Below, in pieces: positions 27,697 through 33,568 of a stretch of 33,568 bases of DNA. How positions within the stretch are numbered: position 1 is the first letter of the stretch; every line of letters starts with the position of its first letter. The notes under the pieces are model-generated. The model did no database searches. It saw nothing but the letters and a program-made list of their open reading frames with translations, and was not told the DNA's origin. Made by a program: the position numbers and the translations under genes. The DNA lies in the IMG/VR virus record IMGVR_UViG_3300021075_000008, positions 1 to 33,568 of that record; one strand, 5' to 3'. Origin of the DNA: a virus. Lineage: Duplodnaviria > Caudoviricetes.

Positions 27697-28256
27697 TAAG
27701 CAGCAAAATCAGTTGGGATAACATCATAGACAGCTAAAACTTGTAATCCGAAGTTGCCAGTTGTAATATTTCCTACCAATAAAGCTAATTGTAATGCAGT
27801 GTTATCAATTGGCGTAATGTCGCCAGCAGTTGATCCAGTTGTTGCCGAAGCATTAGCGTAGCGTATTTGAGCAGTTGCTTGATCTAAAAAGCCAGTTGTT
27901 TCAATTACAGAAGAAACTTGCGCTCCACTTGCATATTTTACAACCAAATCTTCACCAGCAGCAATTCCAGCGTAAGCCGTTCCTGCGTCGTGTCTGATGG
28001 CAACATATCTCAAAACGTTAACAAATCCCGCCTCTGGTGCCGGAACAATTTCCACGGGAGTTGTGAATAATGCTAGTAATTGAGCTGAAGTGATTGTTGT
28101 TACTTTTGAAAGACCAAACTCGCATTTGTTTTGCAAGCAAACGCCGTTTGAAGTTTGAGCAACGATTTGATCCTTGTTGTCTCTGCCAGTTGAGAGAATA
28201 CCAAATCTTCCGTTAAAATCTTGACCTTGTAAGTTTGCAATTTTTTGAATAGACAT
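27696..28256 (-). CDS. Hypothetical beta-rich protein, possibly structural
   Basis: 186 aa, A/T/G-rich, ITSAQLLALFTTPVEIVPAP; coupled to terL by TAATG. Confidence 0.6.
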   Translation of the reverse strand: MSIQKIANLQGQDFNGRFGILSTGRDNKDQIVAQTSNGVCLQNKCEFGLSKVTTITSAQLLALFTTPVEIVPAPEAGFVNVLRYVAIRHDAGTAYAGIAAGEDLVVKYASGAQVSSVIETTGFLDQATAQIRYANASATTGSTAGDITPIDNTALQLALLVGNITTGNFGLQVLAVYDVIPTDFAA

Positions 28257-28274
28257 ATAATTTATTAATTTGAA

Positions 28275-28637
28275 TTAGTTAACTTGTGAATAAAGAGCGA
28301 TTTGTAGAACACACGAAGAAGGGGCGATTATACTGAATCGAGTAATGTTCGCACCAACGCGTCTTATTGCCGGATTAATTTCTAACCCAGTTCCATTTGT
28401 TATCGATGTTGATGGCACAGTTGCACCAGTTCCATTCCATAACACATAAAAGTTTTCAGTGCATGAGAAAATCATGGCTCTTGGAGTTATACCAGCAGAA
28501 TCCACCAAATCAGAAATATTAATATTTATCGCAGTATTTGCAGGTAACACATAATTATTAACTGATAGAGGTGGTTCGAGTGCAAAAGTTGTGTTATCAC
28601 GAACTCGCATCTCATTTAATATTGTTGAAAGTGCCAT
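28275..28637 (-). CDS. Hypothetical beta-rich protein, possibly structural
   Basis: 120 aa, ATVPSTSITNGTGLEINP; first gene after the terS intergenic gap. Confidence 0.6.
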   Translation of the reverse strand: MALSTILNEMRVRDNTTFALEPPLSVNNYVLPANTAININISDLVDSAGITPRAMIFSCTENFYVLWNGTGATVPSTSITNGTGLEINPAIRRVGANITRFSIIAPSSCVLQIALYSQVN

Positions 28638-28817
28638 GGATGTTTGGTTATAAAATTAATTTAATATAGTCTAGTGATGATCTAATGAGTGCCGTTTTGA
28701 CACACTTTAACTAAAAACAGACTTTTATTAAGAAATATTTAAAAAATATTAATTATTCTTGTTGACAATGATAAAAAAAAGCTTGACATTCCTCGCGTGG
28801 CAACAGGGAGGTTACAA

Positions 28818-29312
28818 TCAATCTTTATTATCTATTGTCTCTTTAGCTAAGAATGAAGCCAGTTTCCGAGCTAAGTTCGTCTTCCGCTCTTCAATCGGTA
28901 TCAAATCTTTTCCATCTTTTCCAGTTACTTGGAGTTTATCTACAAATAATCCTAGATGTTTTCCTAGCAACTCACTTGCTTTCAAAGCTGCTTGTGCATC
29001 AATCATCTTCTTTTTAACTCTTACATTTTCTCCATCATTTTGAGTAAATTCTTCAACTTGTTTATTAAAGTTTAAAATTTCCAAAAAGTTATTTATCACA
29101 AATTCCGCAGAAACTTGAGCTTTTTCAGCTAAAACAGCTTGTTTCTCTTGAATTTCTTCTTGAATGTACGGTTTTGACAAGTTTTCTGATCCTATTTGTC
29201 TTGCAGCAGTTTTACTATATCCTGCCTTTTTTGCTGCTTCCGTAGCATTTCCTTCTTTAACATATTCCCTAGCAAAAGCCTTCTGTTTCGGAGTTAGCTT
29301 CTTTTCTTTCAT
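28818..29312 (-). CDS. terS: Terminase small subunit
   Basis: LTPKQKAFAREY...NATEAAKKAGYS..ARQIGSENLSKP HTH and ELLGKHLGLF (Terminase_2-like); ATG at 29312 preferred over track start 29336. Confidence 0.93.
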   Translation of the reverse strand: MKEKKLTPKQKAFAREYVKEGNATEAAKKAGYSKTAARQIGSENLSKPYIQEEIQEKQAVLAEKAQVSAEFVINNFLEILNFNKQVEEFTQNDGENVRVKKKMIDAQAALKASELLGKHLGLFVDKLQVTGKDGKDLIPIEERKTNLARKLASFLAKETIDNKD

Positions 29313-29313
29313 T

Positions 29314-29430
29314 TTATTTCTTTTTAGCGTTAGCAATAATCTTTTTAGCTGCTGCTTTGTCTTCTCTCTTATCAGCTTTAGAAGCTTCTACTTTTTTAAG
29401 CGCTGCTTTCATTGGCATTTTGTTTTTCAT
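29314..29430 (-). CDS. 38-aa Lys/Ala-rich basic protein (not in the ORF track)
   Basis: MKNKMPMKAALKKVEASKADKREDKAAAKKIIANAKKK*; stop lies 1 nt before the terS ATG. Confidence 0.7.
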   Translation of the reverse strand: MKNKMPMKAALKKVEASKADKREDKAAAKKIIANAKKK

Positions 29431-29449
29431 AGTATCGGGTAATTTTGGA

Positions 29450-29486
29450 CAATAAAAAAGCCGCCCAACTGTTACGCTGGAGCGGC
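29450..29486 (-). terminator. Intrinsic terminator upstream of the packaging/head operon
   Basis: Minus strand GCCGC-T-CCAGC-GTAACA-GTTGG-GCGGC-TTTTTTATTG; 17 nt identical to the terminator at 5579-5595. Confidence 0.85.
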
Positions 29487-29520
29487 CTCAAAAAAACAAT
29501 AATGTGATAAAACCCACACT

Positions 29521-29558
29521 AGATTTCTACATAGTCAACTTTGGATTATTAAATGCAA
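29521..29558 (-). promoter_or_regulatory. Putative late promoter
   Basis: TTGCAT (29558-29553)-N16-GACTAT (29536-29531)-GTAGAAATCT. Confidence 0.55.
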
Positions 29559-29645
29559 CAACTATTTTAAAAATTCTTAAAATAATTTCTTCCACCTAAA
29601 GCTTGATATTCTTTATTAAGCGCCAAAATTATTTCCCATTTTTAA

Positions 29646-30176
29646 TCATAACTCTAATAATTTTTGACAAATTAATTTAACTCTCGCTTCTAAAACTGAA
29701 TGATTCATGCCTAGCATTTTCTCAACGCAGTTAAAGCTTTTCTCTTGTTCGAATACTAATTGAAGAATTTCTGGTAATTTTCTTGTTCTTTTCTGTTCAG
29801 CATTAAGAGCATAGATAGCTTTTTGGGCTTCATGAATAGATTTGCTTGCTTCTAATTGGCTTTTTGAGAGGGTTTTTTCTGAAGGTTTACCTGTTTTAGG
29901 TGGAGCTGAACCATCATACATTGGACGAGAGTGGTTGGAAAGGTTGGCTAGATTATAATCATTGCAATATTTACGACCTGCAAAATATTCTTGTCTTGTT
30001 AAAATACCTTTACGAAATAAGCGATCAATCGGATTAACGAAGGTTGCCATTAATATTTTACTATCTTTAATAACTTTTCTGACTTCTTTCCCTTCTGCTT
30101 CAATTTGCGCAATAAGAAAATGGTTTATTATCAGATGTTTTTTATTCACTTTCAATAATAGATTCGGTTGATTCAA
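29646..30176 (-). CDS. Putative late-gene activator/antiterminator (DUF6456 / GafZ / Q-like)
   Basis: NPIDRLFRKGILTRQEYFAGRKYCNDY resembles the DUF6456 N-terminal motif; C-terminal sigma4-like HTH (LQLVFEQEKSFNCVEKMLGMNHSVLEARVK); sits directly upstream of a promoter-terminator unit. Confidence 0.6.
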   Translation of the reverse strand: MNQPNLLLKVNKKHLIINHFLIAQIEAEGKEVRKVIKDSKILMATFVNPIDRLFRKGILTRQEYFAGRKYCNDYNLANLSNHSRPMYDGSAPPKTGKPSEKTLSKSQLEASKSIHEAQKAIYALNAEQKRTRKLPEILQLVFEQEKSFNCVEKMLGMNHSVLEARVKLICQKLLEL

Positions 30177-30465
30177 CGTCTGGCTTGTGATTTATATAAT
30201 CATTAAGCTTCTTCTTAGCTTCTCTCGCCGAGCAAAGTTTTTCTTCCTTTGCGCAATGACCCGTTCTTTTAGAATAATATTCTACCCCTTCTTTCCTAAA
30301 AATAATAGACGCAATTTCAATCGGAATAATTGCGGAGAGTTCTGGCTCACCTAATATTGTATATTCTACCTCTTTACCATCCTTACCTTTTTTCTTCTTT
30401 TTAAGGAAGGGAACATAGGTTTCAAAATAAAAAACTTTGTCGCCGATTTTAAATTTAGATTTCAT
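30142..30465 (-). CDS. Hypothetical protein (KFKIGDKV SH3/KOW-like start)
   Basis: 107-aa ORF overlapping the start of the regulator gene; same operon. Confidence 0.6.
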   Translation of the reverse strand: MKSKFKIGDKVFYFETYVPFLKKKKKGKDGKEVEYTILGEPELSAIIPIEIASIIFRKEGVEYYSKRTGHCAKEEKLCSAREAKKKLNDYINHKPDVESTESIIESE

Positions 30466-30517
30466 GCATTGTGTTAATTACTTTGTCTTCTGTCATTTTG
30501 CTACATACTTAAAAATT

Positions 30518-30532
30518 AATCTTGACAAGATT
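30518..30532. promoter_or_regulatory. Perfect palindrome, candidate operator
   Basis: AATCTTG-A-CAAGATT overlapping the predicted start site of the regulator-operon promoter. Confidence 0.45.
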
Positions 30533-30565
30533 TCTACACATTAAACCTTGAAAAAATAAACGCAA
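30528..30565 (-). promoter_or_regulatory. Putative promoter of the regulator operon
   Basis: TTGCGT (30565-30560)-N16-TAATGT (30543-30538)-GTAGAAATCT; ungapped near copy of 29521-29558. Confidence 0.55.
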
Positions 30566-30772
30566 TTACTCTTTTCACCCCAAATCTTTTTTAAATTATT
30601 TTTTCATTTTCTTAAATCATTTCTCTACGGCAGCAATAATAATGCTGGTTTGTAGCTCTTAATCTTTGCATTGCCTACAGTCTCAAGGCTTCATCATTCT
30701 TTTATCTCTTGCGACTTACTCGCTCTAAGTCTAATTCTTTTAAATTATTTTAGATTTTCTTTTATTAATTTT

Positions 30773-30800
30773 TTGACTATTATTTTTTATTGTCTAAGAT
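30773..30800 (+). promoter_or_regulatory. Sigma70-like early promoter
   Basis: TTGACT (30773-30778)-N16-TAAGAT (30795-30800), AT-rich upstream region, 44 nt before the first plus-strand ORF. Confidence 0.65.
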
Positions 30801-30844
30801 GATGACACACCACAAAAAACAAATAACAAAAAATTTCACAGAAT

Positions 30845-31024
30845 ATGAAAATTTACAAAAGAAAAATTTTGCTTGCACGCCGCGCATTAAGAAAATTTTT
30901 ATCTAATGAAAGAGTGCGTCAAGTTAAATCATTATTAGACGCAGTGATTGCTTGCGACGCTATTGAATGCAAAGCATCAGAGAAGAAAATGAGAAAAATC
31001 TCAAAATTAATTATCTCTATTTAA
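30845..31024 (+). CDS. 59-aa basic hypothetical early protein (not in the ORF track)
   Basis: MKIYKRKILLARRALRKFLSNERVRQVKSLLDAVIACDAIECKASEKKMRKISKLIISI*; first ORF after the early promoter. Confidence 0.6.
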   Translation: MKIYKRKILLARRALRKFLSNERVRQVKSLLDAVIACDAIECKASEKKMRKISKLIISI

Positions 31025-31035
31025 GAGCCTTACCA

Positions 31036-31059
31036 GTGCCGCCGCGAGTCCAGCGGCAC
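31036..31059. other. GC-rich intergenic hairpin without a U tract
   Basis: GTGCCGC / GCGGCAC 7-bp stem with a 10-nt loop. Confidence 0.5.
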
Positions 31060-31102
31060 AATGAAGGGCTTTTCTTCAAATAATAATAAATCAGGGGCTA
31101 AA

Positions 31103-31264
31103 ATGCAACTTCCAATTTCATCAAAAGACTTCAAAAAATTTGAAAAGCTTCAAAAACTTTTGAAAAAAATAGAGGAATTAGAATCTTTTCCAGCCAGTCA
31201 TCCGCGCTTTGATTTTTCCAAAAAAATTGCGGTAAAAGCTAAAAGAAAAATTTTTAACAATTAA
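31103..31264 (+). CDS. Small hypothetical early protein
   Basis: ATG 31103 follows the CAGGGGCTAAA RBS motif shared with neighbouring genes (track start 31061 is less likely). Confidence 0.6.
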   Translation: MQLPISSKDFKKFEKLQKLLKKIEELESFPASHPRFDFSKKIAVKAKRKIFNN

Positions 31265-31279
31265 AAACAGGGGCAGAAA

Positions 31280-31501
31280 ATGAATTTAAAACAAAAAGAA
31301 ATTGAGCGCAAAGTAAAATTTTACGATCACGAATATTTTGAAAATTATTTTAAAGAATGGCAGGAAAAGCCGTATCTTTGCAAAAAATGGCAAAATGCAA
31401 AAAAATACACCCAAAACGAATGGCAAGTAAAAGTTTGCATTTTTAACGATCCATACCAAAGCAGCGGGTTCCGTCTTTGGTGCATTTCAAAACAATCATA
31501 A
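31280..31501 (+). CDS. Small hypothetical early protein
   Basis: 73 aa, CAGGGGCAGAAA RBS. Confidence 0.65.
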   Translation: MNLKQKEIERKVKFYDHEYFENYFKEWQEKPYLCKKWQNAKKYTQNEWQVKVCIFNDPYQSSGFRLWCISKQS

Positions 31502-31522
31502 AAACTAAAACAGGGGGCTAAA

Positions 31523-31807
31523 ATGGAAAAACAATTTATAATCAAAATTTATAAGAAAAAAGCTGGCGAACGTTATGAGACATTCGTTCGCGACATTTGG
31601 AGCGGTTGCGACAAAAAAACGGCATTCAAGGAAGGCCGCGCTGAGCTTATCAGATTAGCTAATTACGATATCTATTCCGGTGTTAGTGAATCAAGTGAAC
31701 TCGATATTATAGAAGAGATTAAATCAATCGAAAATGGATCCGATAACTATTATCACGATCAAACAACTTGGTCTTTTAAAATTTTTTCAAAATCGATCAA
31801 AAACTAA
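31523..31807 (+). CDS. Small hypothetical early protein
   Basis: 94 aa, CAGGGGGCTAAA RBS. Confidence 0.65.
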   Translation: MEKQFIIKIYKKKAGERYETFVRDIWSGCDKKTAFKEGRAELIRLANYDIYSGVSESSELDIIEEIKSIENGSDNYYHDQTTWSFKIFSKSIKN

Positions 31808-31822
31808 AAAACGAGGTAAAAA

Positions 31823-32083
31823 ATGCTAAATAAAATCAAAAAATTAATTGCCGCCGCAAAATTCAACCGCGCACAAGATAAAAGATTTGCCGGCGTTTTG
31901 GATCAAAATTTCGAGCTAGAAGATGATGCGGGAATTTTGAGAACTTCAATTCTGGTAGGGATAATTGCCGCCGCTTGCTTCTGGCTAATCGTAATTGGCT
32001 TAGACGCGCAGGCGAGTAAGCTAGACAAGAAATTAGAGCAGCAAGAATTTTATAACATAATCAAAACAACTTACAATCAATAA
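31823..32083 (+). CDS. Single-TM hypothetical early protein
   Basis: GAGGT RBS; hydrophobic ILVGIIAAACFWLIVIGL segment. Confidence 0.65.
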   Translation: MLNKIKKLIAAAKFNRAQDKRFAGVLDQNFELEDDAGILRTSILVGIIAAACFWLIVIGLDAQASKLDKKLEQQEFYNIIKTTYNQ

Positions 32084-32087
32084 ATTT

Positions 32088-32507
32088 ATGAGAGAAATAA
32101 AATTTAGAGCGTGGCATAAAAATTGGGGATCTTTTGCAAATCTTACAGAGGATTCAGATTTTATGGCTGGATTTAACGAAGAAGGGCAGATTTATATAAT
32201 AAACAATGGCTATCCTGACGAAAAAAATAGAGACTTCATAATCCAACAATTTACTGGCTTTCGAGATAGTAAAGGAAAAGAGATATACGAAGGTGATTTT
32301 TTACAATTTAACAACGATTCTAGCGTTGTTCGGTTAGTAGTTTTTCACCAACCAATAGGAGGATTTGGTTTAAAATACGAAGAAAAACCCGAAAGAATTC
32401 TGCCAATTATTGTACCTCTTACGATTGAAAGAGTTTTAGCCTATGAGATAGTAGGAAACAAATTTGAAAATCCTGAATTATTGGAGGTAAAAAATGGAAA
32501 TTCTTAA
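32088..32507 (+). CDS. YopX family protein
   Basis: MREIKFRAW...QFTGFRDSKGKEIYEGD...EIVGNKFENPELL signature. Confidence 0.92.
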   Translation: MREIKFRAWHKNWGSFANLTEDSDFMAGFNEEGQIYIINNGYPDEKNRDFIIQQFTGFRDSKGKEIYEGDFLQFNNDSSVVRLVVFHQPIGGFGLKYEEKPERILPIIVPLTIERVLAYEIVGNKFENPELLEVKNGNS

Positions 32508-32628
32508 CCTAATTGGGATAATTATAATTTTTTGCTACGTTACGCCATTGGCGATAATGGTTCTTCACTCTTTGGCTAAAAATGGATTTATCGAAACCTT
32601 TAAGAAAATAAACAATTTTAGGAAATAA
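32494..32628 (+). CDS. 44-aa membrane peptide (not in the ORF track)
   Basis: GGAGGT RBS; MEILNLIGIIIIFCYVTPLAIMVLHSLAKNGFIETFKKINNFRK*; fills the gap up to the next ATG at 32630. Confidence 0.6.
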   Translation: MEILNLIGIIIIFCYVTPLAIMVLHSLAKNGFIETFKKINNFRK

Positions 32629-32629
32629 C

Positions 32630-32848
32630 ATGAAAAATAAAATTATAATCACAAAAGAAATTCAGCCGCGCATTCATGTTAAAACTTTGACGGGCGAAAG
32701 TATTTTCGGCTCATTAAACATCGAAAGATTAACTAAATCAGATGAAGAAGGCGTTTATTTAATGTCTGACGGTGTACCCGTAACTTGCGATAAAGAAATG
32801 CTTGCAAGGATTAATGAACGCTTAGATTTTTTAAATTGGGGGAAATAA
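32630..32848 (+). CDS. Small hypothetical early protein
   Basis: 72-aa ORF with AGGA upstream, tightly packed. Confidence 0.6.
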   Translation: MKNKIIITKEIQPRIHVKTLTGESIFGSLNIERLTKSDEEGVYLMSDGVPVTCDKEMLARINERLDFLNWGK

Positions 32849-32851
32849 ATC

Positions 32852-33124
32852 ATGATAAAAGAGTTTTACACAATTCAAAAATTTCAGAAAATTATTGAGG
32901 CTTTGGATCTTAATTTAGAGTTGCTGGAGTTAAAAATAGAGAAAGAAATGCACCACCCAAAAACTGGAGAATTGCACATCATAACTAAGCGGGAAGTGGG
33001 AAGCGGCGGTTATAACATAGTGCAATCTTTCAAAGATTTTAAGGAATTTAATATTTTTTTGGAAATCTTTCAAAAAAATATTAATAAATTCGCAAAATAC
33101 TTAATCAACCCGGAATTATTTTAA
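32852..33124 (+). CDS. Small hypothetical early protein
   Basis: 90-aa ORF with GGGGGA upstream. Confidence 0.6.
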   Translation: MIKEFYTIQKFQKIIEALDLNLELLELKIEKEMHHPKTGELHIITKREVGSGGYNIVQSFKDFKEFNIFLEIFQKNINKFAKYLINPELF

Positions 33125-33140
33125 TTAAAAAAAGGAAACT

Positions 33141-33568
33141 ATGAAAAAAACATTAAAAGAATTTTTAGAGAAAAATCACGCTTGCAAAGATGGCTTTGAT
33201 TTTGCGAAAGACTTAACACTTGAGGAGTTTTTAAACACTTGCGAGCGCGGTGATTGGATTTTGTGGCTATTTGCTAAAACTAACGCTGATTCTTTGCGAG
33301 AATTCACTTTGGCAAAGGGACATTGCGCGAATACCGTGCGGGAATTGATGAAAGACAAGCGAAGCACTAGAGCGGTTGATGTTGCAATTGCATTCGGTGA
33401 AGGTAAGGCGACAAGGGAAGAATTAGATGATGCTGCTGCTGCTGCTTATGCTGCTGATGCTTATGCTGCTGATGCTTATGCTGCTGATGCTGCTTATTTT
33501 GCTGCTGATGCTGCTGCAAAAAAGCAACACCAAAAACAAACAGCCGATATTTGTCGAAAATATTTGCC
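33141..33568 (+). CDS. Imm5-like Ala-rich phage protein, truncated by the window edge (not in the ORF track)
   Basis: AAGGA RBS; MKKTLKEFLEKNHACKDG...CERGDWILWL...DKRSTRAVDVAIAFGEGKATREELDDAAAAAYAADAYAA...ADICRKYL; no stop before the window end. Confidence 0.7.
   Translation, partial: MKKTLKEFLEKNHACKDGFDFAKDLTLEEFLNTCERGDWILWLFAKTNADSLREFTLAKGHCANTVRELMKDKRSTRAVDVAIAFGEGKATREELDDAAAAAYAADAYAADAYAADAAYFAADAAAKKQHQKQTADICRKYL
33444..33488 (+). repeat. Tandem repeat (GCTTATGCTGCTGAT)x3 within a GCT-rich tract
   Basis: Exact copies at 33444-33458, 33459-33473 and 33474-33488, encoding AYAAD x3. Confidence 0.9.

Larger units (their letters stand above)
1..33568. mobile_element. Tailed phage genome segment (podovirus-type late module plus start of early region); prophage vs free phage undetermined
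   Basis: Syntenic terS-terL-portal-scaffold-capsid-tail tube A/B-ejection proteins-fibre-lysis genes; no tape measure or sheath gene; no clear host genes. Confidence 0.95.

Noticed and set aside
28697-28815. Antisense promoters against terS from plus-strand TTGACA hexamers
   Set aside because: No plausible -10 hexamer at 16-18 bp from any of them.
9180-30171. Plus-strand ORFs antisense to late genes (e.g. 13358-13660, 13701-14078, 20965-21378, 28759-29043, 29164-29442) and nested minus-strand ORFs 13402-13614 and 18725-18970
   Set aside because: They overlap well-supported phage genes, have F/S/L-skewed shadow composition and no recognisable motifs.
31345-33367. Minus-strand ORFs 31345-31545 and 33176-33367
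   Set aside because: Antisense to plus-strand early genes that have clear RBSs.
33431-33517. CRISPR-like array
   Set aside because: Contiguous in-frame coding repeats without unique spacers.
1-33568. tRNA/rRNA genes, integrase/att site, inteins or introns, stop-codon reassignment
   Set aside because: None recognised; core genes are intact and of normal length under the standard code.

Overview
The window is a segment of an AT-rich tailed-phage genome (free phage or prophage cannot be told apart: no integrase, att site or host housekeeping gene is visible). The minus strand carries a complete podovirus-type (T7/BPP-1-like) late module. In transcription order it reads: putative Q/GafZ-like (DUF6456-like) regulator, a tiny basic protein, terS, two extra genes, terL, portal, Bbp19-like protein, scaffold, major capsid, tail adaptor and nozzle, three ejection proteins including a 3090-aa polyvalent protein, tail fibre genes, a holin/spanin/CHAP-endolysin lysis cassette (so a Gram-negative host), and a stand-alone vWA gene with its own promoter. 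Small early genes (YopX-like, Imm5-like) run divergently on the plus strand from about 30.8 kb. Three signals stand out. (1) Two matching promoter-short leader-terminator units gate the packaging/head operon and the fibre/lysis operon, next to a candidate antiterminator whose own promoter is a near copy of one of them. (2) The giant ejection protein has cargo domains (two ART-like, one GNAT-like) each bounded by an aromatic-x-Q type motif, just upstream of an HExxH peptidase. (3) The capsid gene has a highly structured 5' leader with a repeated CTAACGGA loop motif. All family assignments come from motif recognition by eye, not from database searches.
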